A stretch of DNA of 64,000 nucleotides from Dehalococcoidia bacterium (GCA_965237935.1 OZ250168.1:946814-1010813), one strand, 5' to 3'. Positions 27,426 through 38,089 are shown, numbered from the stretch's first letter. Notes: a model not told the origin generated them from the sequence alone. Program-made: numbers and translations.

Positions 27426-28484
27426 TCAGGCAACTACCTTCCTTCGAGGTATCGCTGTCATATGGACATCCCTGATCACGTCCGCCAGCGCCTCGACGCC
27501 GTGGCTGAGCATCACGTCGTTGGCGTCCGTCCCTGGCTCATTGGGCATCCAGTAGGGCAGCCCCGTCTGCTTCGCATGTTTCTCCCCTGCCGGTTCGGTT
27601 ACCCCCGAGGACCCACAAGAGGGACAGCGCTTAGACTCGTAGTCCCACTTGGCCCGGCATTCTTTCTTGGGACATCGCCACCAGTCGTGGTCGGCAATCA
27701 CCATCGACCTGCGCCTAGACTTGGCGACGTTCGGAATGTTCCCAGCGCTGAAACAGACCCACACCTCCGAGTGCTGGTCCCGGTACAGCCGCTTGAGGGC
27801 AGCCCTCACCGACAGCGCCGTGGCGTACCCCTCGCAGTAGTAGTGCTCACCTCCTTGCCCCAACTTGTAGACCGCCTCCGACGCCTTGCCGCCGGGAAGG
27901 TACTTCTTGCTGCCATCGGGGCCGATCATCTGAACGGACTGAACTCGCTCATAGGCTTGGTAGTGGCGCATCGGCACCAGTAGGTTGCCGTCCAGCACAA
28001 GGCCGCCCTGTTCGGGGTAGCCCTTGGCTACCAGATAGGGATGCGCACTCGGCACGTCGGCATCCCTGTGGCCGTTACGGGGGCGAGGATCGACGTACTC
28101 GGCCTGCATGAGCATCCTTTCAGCCTTCGCCGCTGCGTCCGCCTCACGGCGCTTTCGCTCCTCCGCCTCACGTCTCTTGGCCTCCGCCCGCTGGCGCTTC
28201 TCTTCGGCGCTCGGCGCGGTCTTGACTGGGGCCTCACCAGCCCAGCCGTAATCCTTGGCCAGGTGGTAGAGCGTGGCAACCGTGATACCCCCGTCGGGCT
28301 TGACGGAGCGCCAGACGGCCCTGGCGTCGGCGGGTTTGTAACGCTCGGACCGCTGGGACCATGCGTCCCAGAGAGTGAATCCTGCATCGCCCAACTCCGA
28401 CTTGATGGCCATGCCCATCTGAACCCACGTGTCGCGGTCTTCGGCTGGAATTGAGTAGAGGGCAGCCGTCAACGTGTCGCTCAT
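27426..28484 (-). CDS. PriCT-2/TOPRIM primase-like protein
   Basis: DRDTWVQMGMAIK, HPYL, CEGYATALS, IADHD, TDAND; CxxxxC...CxxC insert. Confidence 0.85.
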   Translation of the reverse strand: MSDTLTAALYSIPAEDRDTWVQMGMAIKSELGDAGFTLWDAWSQRSERYKPADARAVWRSVKPDGGITVATLYHLAKDYGWAGEAPVKTAPSAEEKRQRAEAKRREAEERKRREADAAAKAERMLMQAEYVDPRPRNGHRDADVPSAHPYLVAKGYPEQGGLVLDGNLLVPMRHYQAYERVQSVQMIGPDGSKKYLPGGKASEAVYKLGQGGEHYYCEGYATALSVRAALKRLYRDQHSEVWVCFSAGNIPNVAKSRRRSMVIADHDWWRCPKKECRAKWDYESKRCPSCGSSGVTEPAGEKHAKQTGLPYWMPNEPGTDANDVMLSHGVEALADVIRDVHMTAIPRRKVVA

Positions 28485-28699
28485 AGCGCCATCCTTGCCT
28501 GGTCCTTGGGCGGCTGATGACCCATGCAGTGGTCTCGGCCAAAGCCAATGGCCAGAGCGTGGCTCTCGCACATCCAGGCGTTGCAGGTGTTGCCCCAATG
28601 GTCGATCACGTAGTCGCACTGGAGCGTCGGAGTCCTGCGACAGCCAGCTTGATAGCATTGCGGGTCGCCCTGAGCGCAGCCGATCATCCCGGTAGTCAT
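28481..28699 (-). CDS. Small Cys-rich protein
   Basis: QCDY...TCNAWMCESH...DHCMGH. Confidence 0.6.
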   Translation of the reverse strand: MTTGMIGCAQGDPQCYQAGCRRTPTLQCDYVIDHWGNTCNAWMCESHALAIGFGRDHCMGHQPPKDQARMAL

Positions 28700-29046
28700 G
28701 CGGCCTCTCCTGAGACGAGGAATCCTACGAACACGGCTAGTAACACCTGAACTACCGCCCCCAACCCCAGACCTATCACGAACCCCTGGATGTCCCGGTA
28801 TGCCTGGTCGTTGATCTCCTGGTCCTCAGTTACCTCGTAGAGAATGAAGCCAAAGAACAGCAGTATCGCCGTCAACCGGGCTCCCCATAGGACGCTGGCA
28901 GCTACATCTAAGGGCCAGAGGAACATCAGCCAGCTAATGGCCAGGCCGACGGGGATATGCGCCACCTGACGGTCCAACATCCAGGGCGGCACACGGTGCC
29001 GTAGCTGGCCTGCCCGCCCGACGTATCCCTTATCTTTCGTAGCCAT
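28696..29046 (-). CDS. Small membrane protein
   Basis: Three hydrophobic segments. Confidence 0.6.
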   Translation of the reverse strand: MATKDKGYVGRAGQLRHRVPPWMLDRQVAHIPVGLAISWLMFLWPLDVAASVLWGARLTAILLFFGFILYEVTEDQEINDQAYRDIQGFVIGLGLGAVVQVLLAVFVGFLVSGEAA

Positions 29047-29133
29047 AAGCTGCTCCCTCCACCTTCAAAGAACCTTTCCTACCTGCCTTCTATTCGCTCC
29101 AAAAACTCGTCGAAAGCCTTCTCGCTCCATCCC

Positions 29134-29580
29134 TCACAGTCCCATCTCCCACTTCAACTTGGCCTGTAACGGGTGCTTATCTATACGCGGTCGTGACGAC
29201 CTATTCCACGAGTTGCCATCCCTAGTCTTACCGACACACTTCCATCCTGCCGCCTTCACCGAGGTTCCAGGCTCCTCCTGCAACGTGTACGTAATGGCCC
29301 TCAGATAGCCCATTGCTCGCGCTGTGCGCCATGCCGCTGCGTAGAGCTTGGAGCAGGCGTTTCTAATGTCCTCGATCGCCGCAACCCGCGTGACCTCGAC
29401 GGTCCAGCCATCATCCAAGTGACGGCTGACCGGACGCCCAACAATGGCAACCCCAACAATCTCAGCGTCTCTCGCAACCGCGATGGCGAATAGTCCGCCC
29501 TGTGGCGCACGATGATGCCGATGCACACGATCAACCCATATGCGGGCCTCTGTCAGGGTCACTGGCACGACTTCCAGCAC
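29134..29580 (-). CDS. XF1762-family (Mom/GNAT-like) protein
   Basis: HRHH, IVGRPVSR, EVTR, NACSKLY, ITYTL, KAAGW. Confidence 0.75.
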   Translation of the reverse strand: MLEVVPVTLTEARIWVDRVHRHHRAPQGGLFAIAVARDAEIVGVAIVGRPVSRHLDDGWTVEVTRVAAIEDIRNACSKLYAAAWRTARAMGYLRAITYTLQEEPGTSVKAAGWKCVGKTRDGNSWNRSSRPRIDKHPLQAKLKWEMGL

Positions 29581-29582
29581 GA

Positions 29583-29756
29583 CTAGATCACCCTCTCGGT
29601 CATTTGGCACTTCGCCGTCCTACCTATGAGAGTGCGAAGCGCATGAGCCGCCACCAGCGGGACCACTCCTCCGGTCCCGGCCTGGATATCGGGCAAGACA
29701 TCGCGGCAGTCGCCGTGGTAGATGGTGATGCCCGCGTGGTCGTAGTAGGGCTTCAT
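29583..29756 (-). pseudogene. DNA methyltransferase remnant (deletion chimera)
   Basis: MKPYYDHAGITIYHGDCRDVL joined to GVVPLVAAHALRTL. Confidence 0.55.
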
Positions 29757-30052
29757 CGTGTCGGAGCCTCCCGGTCGGACCAAACATGGAAGCGGTGGAC
29801 AGCCAGTGCGGATATGAGAGCGTCCAACGTCCCAGGCCCCTTGAAACGCATGACTAGCGGAACGTCCAGACCCTCAACCATCACGGAGACATGCACTTGG
29901 GTCGGCTTGCCTTGCCCATCTGGTAGCGGATGCCACTCCAACACGTGGATGGAATCTAGCTTGAGCTCCAGGACCGCCACGCCGTCGAGATTGCGGGGTC
30001 GGTCGTGAAACTGAATATCGGGTTTTTGATAGCTCTTGTTGTCGTTACTCAC
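29753..30052 (-). CDS. Hypothetical phage protein
   Basis: GGAGG RBS; coupled to the next gene. Confidence 0.55.
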   Translation of the reverse strand: MSNDNKSYQKPDIQFHDRPRNLDGVAVLELKLDSIHVLEWHPLPDGQGKPTQVHVSVMVEGLDVPLVMRFKGPGTLDALISALAVHRFHVWSDREAPTR

Positions 30053-30125
30053 GTTCCGTTCCTCCGTTCCCGCGAATGCTGGTACCGGATCAGGTTGTAC
30101 GTAACGCCGTTGTCGAACACAGGCC

Positions 30126-30914
30126 TCATTGCTTCCCCGTCCTGTAGTCCACGCCCGTCCTGTAGGCCAGCTTCACGCTGCCCGTCTTGGTGTCGAACAG
30201 CCGCGACGCCAGCCGGGAGTTGCGCGCCATCATCTCGGCATAGGTGTGGTTCGTCGCCACCGCCAGCCGCCGGCCCGACCTGTACCGCTCATCGACGAAG
30301 GTCGTCACCCTTTCGTTGGTCCAGGGAGTCGTGCTCTCGGCACCGACGTCATCCAGCAGCAGTACCTCGGCCCCGCTGCACCTCGCATCGATCTCCGATG
30401 TGTCCACCAGGGAGTCCCTGCTGAAGCTGTTTCTCAGGGCCTTCAACAGGTCGGGCGTGAACTCGTACCGCACCCTCACCCAATCGTCCAGCAGCTGCCG
30501 GCCTATAGCTTCCAGCAGGTAGCTCTTGCCGCGGCCCACCTTCCCCGCCAGCGTCAGGATGTGGGGCCCTTCCCCCTTGGCGAAGGCCAGGGCCGCCTCC
30601 AGGCCCTTCTCGGTGCCCTGCATCTCCTTGAACCGCTCGAAGGAGCGAGGGTCCTGGCCTGGCTCCTCATGCGGGAGGTTGGCGAACCGGTGCTGGGCCT
30701 TCGCCCTGTCGATTAGGTACAGCTCACAGTAGCAGTGGAGCAACTGAGACTCTGCGTACCCCAGTTTCGCCAACACCTCGGCGATGCCCTGCTTGCTCAT
30801 ATCCACCTTTCCACAGAACTCGCAGCGGTAGGCCTCAGGGAGGAGGAGGGCCCGGGCCCGCTTCACCCCGATTTTAACCTGTGTTGAGGCGTGAACCTGC
30901 GCCAGTGACATCAT
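30126..30914 (-). CDS. DnaC/IstB-like ATPase (helicase loader)
   Basis: GKVGRGKS, LLLDDVGAE, ATN, RLASRL. Confidence 0.85.
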   Translation of the reverse strand: MMSLAQVHASTQVKIGVKRARALLLPEAYRCEFCGKVDMSKQGIAEVLAKLGYAESQLLHCYCELYLIDRAKAQHRFANLPHEEPGQDPRSFERFKEMQGTEKGLEAALAFAKGEGPHILTLAGKVGRGKSYLLEAIGRQLLDDWVRVRYEFTPDLLKALRNSFSRDSLVDTSEIDARCSGAEVLLLDDVGAESTTPWTNERVTTFVDERYRSGRRLAVATNHTYAEMMARNSRLASRLFDTKTGSVKLAYRTGVDYRTGKQ

Positions 30915-31666
30915 GCCTGTGCTTCCTCCTGGGCCAGCTCCGCGGCCTCTCGTTTCATGGCGTCTTCGTCACTGGACGGCGGGGAGCCGTTCTTTCTGAT
31001 CTTCTCAGCATCTCGCCGCAGCCATCTTTGAACGTATAGAGACTTAGACTTCCACTTGGAAGAGGCCACATGGTTCATGGCCTCTTCTATGCGGAACTTT
31101 ACCTCGACGAGATCCCAAAGCCCGTTGTGCTTCTCCACCATGCGAGCCGCGAACTCTTCGGAAAGAGGGTCTTTATCCTTGGGTTTACTGCGTGTGCGTG
31201 GCGGCGAAGCCGCACTCTCTCTCGGTCTGGTTGGTTGGGTTGGTACGGTTGGTTGGGTTGGTACGGTTGGTTGGGTACGGTAGCCTCCCACATGCAATCC
31301 TGTGTCAGCCACGTGCGTTGCACGTGTCGCTTTCATGCGTTCACGGTTCAACTGGCGACGCTGCACAAGCCTACCGGCATACTCATTCCAGTCATGCACA
31401 AGCAATCCTGTGGGCGTTTCATCCAGGAAGCCACTCTGAGTAAGGGCCAGGACAAATGTTTCTGCGGCGTCGGTCCACATAGCCCCATCTGCAATATCCT
31501 CCCGGGTAAAGCGCTCTAGGTTCCCGTCCTCCGCATACTTCAATGCCCAATGCCAGAGCAGATGAAGGTGTCCGACCGCTGTAGGAATAGACACCTGGAG
31601 ACTTCGGGCTAGCCGTCGAGTCTTGGGGTGCTGCCCCACATCCTCATGGGACTCAATCCATGCCAC
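30911..31666 (-). CDS. Phage replication initiator protein
   Basis: GGAGG-led GTG MAWIESH...HPKTRRL...HDWNEY; upstream of the DnaC-like gene. Confidence 0.75.
   Translation of the reverse strand: MAWIESHEDVGQHPKTRRLARSLQVSIPTAVGHLHLLWHWALKYAEDGNLERFTREDIADGAMWTDAAETFVLALTQSGFLDETPTGLLVHDWNEYAGRLVQRRQLNRERMKATRATHVADTGLHVGGYRTQPTVPTQPTVPTQPTRPRESAASPPRTRSKPKDKDPLSEEFAARMVEKHNGLWDLVEVKFRIEEAMNHVASSKWKSKSLYVQRWLRRDAEKIRKNGSPPSSDEDAMKREAAELAQEEAQA
31229..31281. repeat. 18-bp tandem repeats inside the initiator gene (possible ori iterons)
   Basis: GGTTGGTTGGGTTGGTAC twice plus a partial copy. Confidence 0.6.
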
Positions 31667-31991
31667 TAGACCACTCCTCCTAGTCGAAGTTCTCCGCCAT
31701 AAGCAAGGTCTGGCAGCCTGCACATTCGATGCTGATACAGCGGTGGCCCCAGTCCAGCAACTTCCCGCCATGAAGCATCTGAGGATATACGCCAGTGGCC
31801 GCAATGCCCTCTGGGTTGGTAATGCCTGGAAGATTGCCCACCCACTCCCAGTCGATTACCTCTCCGCAAAGAGGGCAGTCAAACCCGTGTATGGCTCCGT
31901 ACCAGTTTGGAATGGGAATTATAACTAATACTTGACAAAACAGGCGTAATCAGCTATGATTGAGCTAGAGAAACAACGGGCAAGGAGAACG

Positions 31992-32921
31992 ATTATGCCA
32001 GGTCCAGGCAAGTCTCACAGAACCGGAATCAGCCTGCTGGAACTGTTCAAGATGTTCCCTGACGAGGCGTCAGCCCGCCAGTGGTTCGAGGAAGCTCGCT
32101 GGCCTGGTGGCCGGGCTTGCGTCAAGTGCGGTAGCATCAATACCAGCGTAGTCCCTAACGACAAGCCGATGCCCTACTGGTGCCCGGACTGTCGCTCCTA
32201 CTTCAGCGTCAAGTTCGGTACGGTCATGCAGGGCTCCAACCTGCCGATGCGGAAGTGGGCAATTGCGATCTATCTCGTGACCACGAACCTCAAGGGTGTC
32301 TCCAGCATGAAGTTGCATCGTGACCTGGATATTGCCCAAAAGAACGCTTGGCACATGCTCCACCGTATCCGCAAGGCCATGCAGGGCGGTGATCCTCTGT
32401 TCAATGGGCCCGTCGAAGCCGATGAAACCTTTATCGGGGGCAAGGAAACCAACAAGCACAAGGGCAAGAAGCTCCACACTCGCGGGACGGTTGGCAAGGC
32501 GGCCGTCGTGGGAATGAAGGACCGGGAGACTAACCAGATAACCGCCATGCCGGTAGAGTCCGTGGACAGGTCTACGCTCCAAGGGTTCGTGTATCAGCAT
32601 ACGTCAGCCGACACCATCGTCTACACGGACGAAGCGGCCGCCTACGCGGGGTTGAGGCGTTCCCACAAGGCTGTCAACCACTCGGCCAAGGAGTTCGTTG
32701 ACGGGATGGCCCACACGAACGGCATGGAGTCGTTCTGGGCGATGCTCAAGCGCGGATACCACGGCGTCTATCACCAGTTCAGCGTCAAGCACCTTCACCG
32801 CTACGTCGGGGAGTTCGAGGGCAGGCACAACGACCGGCCCCTGAACACCATCGACCAGATGGCGGAGATTGCCCGGGGTATGTTCGGGCAACGGCTCCGG
32901 TATCAAGACCTAATCGCGTGA
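31992..32921 (+). CDS. IS1595-family transposase
   Basis: Zn ribbon, VEADETF, YTDE, HTNGMESFW, YVGEFEGRHN. Confidence 0.92.
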   Translation: MMPGPGKSHRTGISLLELFKMFPDEASARQWFEEARWPGGRACVKCGSINTSVVPNDKPMPYWCPDCRSYFSVKFGTVMQGSNLPMRKWAIAIYLVTTNLKGVSSMKLHRDLDIAQKNAWHMLHRIRKAMQGGDPLFNGPVEADETFIGGKETNKHKGKKLHTRGTVGKAAVVGMKDRETNQITAMPVESVDRSTLQGFVYQHTSADTIVYTDEAAAYAGLRRSHKAVNHSAKEFVDGMAHTNGMESFWAMLKRGYHGVYHQFSVKHLHRYVGEFEGRHNDRPLNTIDQMAEIARGMFGQRLRYQDLIA

Positions 32922-33216
32922 AAACCACAGGAGAGGGTGGGCGTGAGATTTCCGGAACGTAGCGTTAACCTACCGCCCGGATTTGGGCTATTTGTTTGCG
33001 GCCTTCGGTTGGGAGCCGGTTACAGACCGCGACTCACCGGCCCATTGCCATTACGGGGCGAGCTTGTTCGTCAAGGCCTGTTAGCCTCTTTGCGAGCTCA
33101 TTCATTTTGCGCACCTCCTTTCTGCCCATCCCCTCCTGTGGTTTCTGGTATCAATGCTTCCTCCTAATGGTGTAACACCCGATAGCTCGCCAAGGGATTG
33201 GAGGTTGACCTTACGC

Positions 33217-33888
33217 TCATTGCTGCGGCTTGACATCCATGATGTACGCAAACTGGTTCGACCTCTCCAAATAGGCCATCGTCAGGTAGATTTGAGAGAG
33301 ATGCTCTCGCTGGACGAGATCCCCCGTTTCCACCATGCGTTCAAGGGCGTCGTCGAACCACGCGCCGACTTTTGCGGCATGGTCAGGCGCCGCTGCTGCA
33401 ACCACGATGTCACGCGTGATGATTACCTGGTCGAGAGGGGCTGTCTGCCTGAACCATATTTCCACCGCCTCTAGCCCCATGCATGGGCCGAATAGGTCAA
33501 CCATAATGGCACCACCGAGCGTCATCGTGGAGTGCCAATCCTCCGTGTGCCGGTTAAGTCGGCCCTGTGGCACCCAGCTTACCGATGAAGCGACGAGCGA
33601 CTGATAGACCTGCGCGCACGTCACGCCAAGCGAAGGAACGTGTGTTGGCGTGCTCGGCGTAGGCGTGGATGTTGGCGCAAGAGTGGGTGTAGCGATTGGC
33701 GTGCTCGGCGTAGGCGTGGATGTTGGCGCAAGAGTGGGTGTAGCGATTGGCGTGCTCGGCGTAGGCGTGGATGTTGGCGCGGGTGATGAAGACGAACATG
33801 CAACCGTCAGAATCAGGACACCTAGGCCAATGAGCGCGACCCATAGGCATGCCAAGCGGGGTTGTAGAGGTATGGGGCCTCCTTGCAA
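33217..33888 (-). CDS. Lipoprotein with Pro/Thr repeats (IS passenger; start uncertain)
   Basis: Lipobox TVAC; 51-bp repeats APTSTPTPSTPIATPTL. Confidence 0.65.
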   Translation of the reverse strand: MQGGPIPLQPRLACLWVALIGLGVLILTVACSSSSPAPTSTPTPSTPIATPTLAPTSTPTPSTPIATPTLAPTSTPTPSTPTHVPSLGVTCAQVYQSLVASSVSWVPQGRLNRHTEDWHSTMTLGGAIMVDLFGPCMGLEAVEIWFRQTAPLDQVIITRDIVVAAAAPDHAAKVGAWFDDALERMVETGDLVQREHLSQIYLTMAYLERSNQFAYIMDVKPQQ

Positions 33889-33987
33889 TGCTTGTCCCCT
33901 TTTGATATATTCTCCTTCAGGAGTAACGCAATGATGACGCTCAAGTTCGACGGGTCCGGCGCGACCGGGCAAATACAAGACCTTGAA

Positions 33988-34206
33988 TCACTTCTTGGGG
34001 AACATGCGCCGCATATTCCGCCGGAGTTTGTCGATAACCTGACGGTGCTCCTGGAGGGTCTCACGGAGGCCCCTCACTTTGATGAGGAGCCCACAATCGG
34101 GGCATCTGAAATCGTCTACCGGCTCCAACTCCCCCAGCGTCTTCATGATGCGATAGCCACACTGAGGGCATGTGACGGGGAAAGAGGTGGTCATCATTCG
34201 TGTCAC
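33988..34206 (-). CDS. Small zinc-ribbon protein (IS passenger)
   Basis: CPQC...CPDC. Confidence 0.5.
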   Translation of the reverse strand: MTRMMTTSFPVTCPQCGYRIMKTLGELEPVDDFRCPDCGLLIKVRGLRETLQEHRQVIDKLRRNMRRMFPKK

Positions 34207-34281
34207 GACCTTCTGAATAGGGATGCTAGAATCATAGCTGATTACTTCAGCCCTGTCAAGAATTAGTTATAATTCCCATTA

Positions 34282-35217
34282 TTAAGACAGCACGAGGGCT
34301 AAATTAAGAGAGTCTCCCACCCCTGCGCTAGGTTTCACCAAGCCCGATGGCAGCCCTGCTTCTTCAGCTGCTGCTCCCCTTTCTTCCTGGCCATGTTGGT
34401 ACACCTCTGCTGGGGTCCGGTAGCCCAAAGCCTGGTGAGGCCTCTGCCGGTTGTAGAACTCCAGGTAGGCATTGATCCCAGTTCGGGCCTCGGCGACGGT
34501 CTGGTAAGCTTTCAGATACACCTCCTCGTACTTGATGCTCCGCCACAGCCGCTCCACGAAGATGTTGTCCAGGTACCTACCCTTACCATCCATGCTGACC
34601 TGGACCCTCTGCTCCTGCAACGTCTGGGTAAAGGCCTCACTGGTGAACTGACTCCCTTGGTCGGTGTTGAATATCTCCGGTCGTCCCTTACCCAGGGCTT
34701 CCTCCAACGCCGCCACGCAGAAGCTGGTGTCCATGGTGTTGGAGAGCTTCCAGGCCAGCACGTGCCGGCTGTGCCAGTCCATGATGGCCACCAGGTACAG
34801 GAAGCCCTTCGCCATGGGGATGTAGGTGATGTCCGCGGCCCAGACCTGGTCGACCCGATTAACCTCCACTCCCTTCAGCAGATAGGGAAAGATCCGGTGT
34901 CCCGGCGCTGGTTTGCTGGTGTTGGGACGCCGGTAGATCGCTTCCAGACCCATCAACCGCATCAGCCTTCGAACCCTTTTTCGGCTCACCAGATAGCCCT
35001 GTTGCAGCAGCCAGGCCTTCATCTTCCTGGAGCCGTAGAAGGGGGTCTTCAAATACTGACGGTCCATCAGGGCCATCAACTCCAGGTCTTCTGCCCTGGT
35101 CGGTACCGGCCGGTAGTACACCGAGGCCCGGCTGACGTCCAGCAGGATACATTGACGCACCAAAGACAGCTGCTGGTGGTCTCGGTCTATCATGGCTCGC
35201 CGTATGCTGCGACTCAT
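34282..35217 (-). CDS. IS3 transposase OrfB
   Basis: [30 protein letters not shown]. Confidence 0.92.
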   Translation of the reverse strand: MSRSIRRAMIDRDHQQLSLVRQCILLDVSRASVYYRPVPTRAEDLELMALMDRQYLKTPFYGSRKMKAWLLQQGYLVSRKRVRRLMRLMGLEAIYRRPNTSKPAPGHRIFPYLLKGVEVNRVDQVWAADITYIPMAKGFLYLVAIMDWHSRHVLAWKLSNTMDTSFCVAALEEALGKGRPEIFNTDQGSQFTSEAFTQTLQEQRVQVSMDGKGRYLDNIFVERLWRSIKYEEVYLKAYQTVAEARTGINAYLEFYNRQRPHQALGYRTPAEVYQHGQEERGAAAEEAGLPSGLVKPSAGVGDSLNLALVLS

Positions 35218-35498
35218 AGACCGGACCTTTCCGACAAAAAATCGCGTTCCACCTTCAGCTGGCCGATGTGCCGGTAGAGGTGGTTAATCTGAGCTTCCTT
35301 GGCTTTCTCCTGGGATTTCTGATTGGTGGCAAATAGCTCCGGGGCTCCTTCCACCAGGGCCCTTTTCCAGGCGTGAATCTGACTGGGATGGACCTCAAAT
35401 TGGCTGGCCAGCTGGGCGATGGTCTCTTCCCCCGCAAGGGCGGCCAGGGCCACCTTGGCCTTGAACGCCGGACTGTGCTTATTCCTCGTCTGCTTCAT
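35214..35498 (-). CDS. IS3 transposase OrfA
   Basis: [11 protein letters not shown]...HPSQIHAWK...[11 protein letters not shown]. Confidence 0.9.
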   Translation of the reverse strand: MKQTRNKHSPAFKAKVALAALAGEETIAQLASQFEVHPSQIHAWKRALVEGAPELFATNQKSQEKAKEAQINHLYRHIGQLKVERDFLSERSGL

Positions 35499-35894
35499 GT
35501 CCTGCTCCTCCACGTCGGTTAGTTGCCGGTTATTTTGGGAGCTGGACTCTCTCTTAGCCAGTTGTCTAGTTTTTGGGTACCACCTCAGTGAGGCAGTGGA
35601 GGCTCTCACGGACGGAAGCGTCAACAGGTGGATCATATTCATCCTGTGGCTGGTCTTCTCTCCTGCTGTCTGGTTTATTACTCAGACGGAGCTGAACAAA
35701 CGGGCTTCTGAACCCGCGTAGATGTAGAAACCAACATGCCTGGAAGACAAACCATGATTCCACAAAGAACGTTAATACTGACCCTGCCCGCGTGGACCCC
35801 GTAGCACCCGGCCCACCAAACTGGACAAAATCAAGAACCTTCGTGCTGAGGTTCCAGTTGGTGCTGTAGATGGGCCAACTTTATACTCAGGGTA

Positions 35895-36240
35895 CTACGA
35901 AGCACCCACCCGCATGCCCGCGGAGTCCTGCACGACAGAACAAGGATGGGTCCCCAGTTCCTCCACGCTGTAAGACGGCCTACGGTTGCCAGTTACGGTC
36001 GTGCTGCCCCCGGAGGCCATGACCTTTACGTGGTCGGCGCCGTCCTTGATGAGTTCTCGCGCGGTGCGGACCCCGTCCACCGCTTGGTTTCACCAGAAGA
36101 AGTGGCCGCCGGTGATGGTTACGGGACGGCCGCAGAGGTAGAGCCGGGGCGTGGTGGCGTAACCCCACCGCGCTCCCTCCCGCAAGTCGAAGGTGATCCG
36201 GCGACGCAAACCGCCCAGGATTATATTGTTCGCAACGCTC
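35895..36240 (-). pseudogene. Amidohydrolase fragment
   Basis: GRPVTITGGHF...GADHVKVMASGG; both ends missing. Confidence 0.55.
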
Positions 36241-36589
36241 ATCGCCAACTCTTGCAGGCAGCGTGTGATCTACGCACGTTTACCTGGTTGTGGCGTCCGA
36301 ATCCTTAAGGGGTAGTCCCAGAAGCTCAGTGATGAAGACCTTCTCATCCATGGAAAGGGGGACGATAACAAACTCGCCGTCCAAAGAGACTCCCTTCAAT
36401 TCCATCTCCACAGCCATCTCGTTTTCCAGACCCTCGTCGAAGGCATCCAACGCGGAATTGGCGGCCTCTTCATCTCGGAAGATAAATACTAATCTGCCAT
36501 CCACCTCAGAGCCATCGCCTGACCCGAAGAACAGACCAGCCCCTCGGCACCCGCTAACGTCGGGAACCAGACACTTGTCAAACGCCACG

Positions 36590-36921
36590 GTGAGCATGAG
36601 GTTGGCGTTGCCCACGATTCCGGCGGCCACCGCCGTGGGGCCGTACTGCCCGCTGGCGCTCTGGGCGGCGATGCCCTGGACGAACTCGACCTCGCCCACA
36701 GAGCGCATTTCCTCTGGTCCCCGGGCCCGGTAGGGGTGGCATTCTATGAACACCGTCTAGACGACATTGTGGCCCCCTGCCAGGTCCTGGGCAAGCTGGT
36801 CCAGCAGGTAACGGTCGCCCTCCCGGTCCCAGAAGTGGTGGTGCGGGTCGCAGATGAGCAGGCCTGGTTCCAACGGATCTTCCACCGACTGCGCCAGCCA
36901 GGAATCACGTTGTCTTACCAT
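36590..36921 (-). pseudogene. Amidohydrolase-2 family N-terminal fragment with in-frame TAG
   Basis: ICDPHHHFWD...NVV*TVFIECH...VGEVEFV; fused to unrelated sequence downstream. Confidence 0.65.
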
Positions 36922-37065
36922 GTCTCCTCGTAGCCGCCGCCTTCCGGTATGCTCGCTACTGATGCGGCGGGCTCCCTTTCAATGTCTTGGCCCTATCGGG
37001 CCGCCTGAACAGAGCGGAAAAGGCCGGTTCAGGTGGTCCCCCGTGTCTGGGCACGGGGGCTTCGG

Positions 37066-37882
37066 CTAGGCTAAGGAGAAGAACTCCATGACCGGGCCAA
37101 AGGCCTCGGGTTCCATCAGGGTGGGTGCATGACCCACGCCGGGCACTTCCACCATGCGGCAGTCCTGCATCTCCGCCTCCGTGCGCTGGGCTATCTCCGG
37201 CGACAGCAGGTCGCTGTCGCCGCCCCGCACCAGCAGCACCGGGCCGGGGATGCGCCGGGCCAGGTTCCAGGACGCTTCCGGGTCGGGACGGCGGGGGTTG
37301 GTGCGGACCGCCGGGCCGGGCCTTTACCGTATGACCGGCGGTGGCCCGCTGGTCGGCGTCATTGAGCGTCCTGAAGCCGACCCGTTGCTCGCAGTGCCAG
37401 GCTATCACCTCTTCCATCGTCTCAAAGGTGTTGACCGCATCCCGGGTGCTGGTGGCGATGCGGTTGCCGCCCCGGGGGTCAATCTCGGGGCCGATGTCGT
37501 TCAGTACGGTTCGCTCCACCCGGTCGGGGTAGGTCCCGGCGTAGGTCAGGGAGATGCGGCCACCCATGGAGGTGCCGACCAGCGACATGCACTCGAAACC
37601 CAGGGCCTGTCGCAGCCCTTCCAGGTCGGCGACGTAGGCGTCGTTGGAGTAGTTGGCGTCGGCGGCCCAATCGCTGTCGCCCCGGCCGCGGACATCAACG
37701 GATATTACGTGGTAACGGGGCACGAAGTGGGGTGCAAGGTTGTCGAAGGCGTGGGCGTTACCGCTCAGGCCATGGATCATGACGACCGGCGGCGCCCCGG
37801 CATCGCCCCACTCCAGGTAGTGCAGGTTGAGGTCGCCAACCTTTACGAAACGGTCTGTTGCCTCGGTGGTCCGCATGGTCAT
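37066..37882 (-). pseudogene. Alpha/beta hydrolase with internal deletion/frameshift
   Basis: IHGL, GTSMGG; the C-terminal part (LLVRGGDSDLL...GHAP) is in another frame. Confidence 0.7.
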
Positions 37883-37997
37883 AGGGCCTCCATATGTTTA
37901 TGGGACTGGTACTCCTCTGCCAAGAGCGAAAATCGGACCAGAGCCCGTGCGAGTTCCATCTTCTATATCTCAAGTCCTGTCAGCTACTATATTACCC

Positions 37998-38089
37998 GTC
38001 ATTCCGGCTTTTGCGGGATTCCAGAAACCTTACTAGGGGTCAATCAGCATACCAAAGGGATTCTGGATACCGGCTTTCGCCGGTATAAC
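37998..38089. repeat. Inverted pair of REP-like palindromes
   Basis: GTCATTCCGGCTTTTGCGGGATTCCAGA ... TCTGGATACCGGCTTTCGCCGGTATAAC. Confidence 0.6.

Larger units (their letters stand above)
1..31913 (-). mobile_element. Defective myovirus-like prophage (continues left of window; right end truncated)
   Basis: Co-oriented replication, terminase, portal, protease, capsid, neck, sheath and tube genes; no integrase or repressor before the IS1595 at 31914. Confidence 0.9.
31914..34277 (+). mobile_element. IS1595-family element with passenger genes
   Basis: 24-bp TIR GGGAATTATAACTAATWCTTGACA at both ends; no TSD. Confidence 0.85.
34278..35587 (-). mobile_element. IS3-family element, right TIR truncated
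   Basis: Left end TGAGGTGGTACCCAAAAACTAGACA; right end stops at TGTCTTAATAAT where IS1595 begins. Confidence 0.85.

Noticed and set aside
35807-35818. CCCGGCCCACCA (and GGCCCACCA at 53722) as tRNA-derived att sites
   Set aside because: Too short, no T-arm and no partner site identified.
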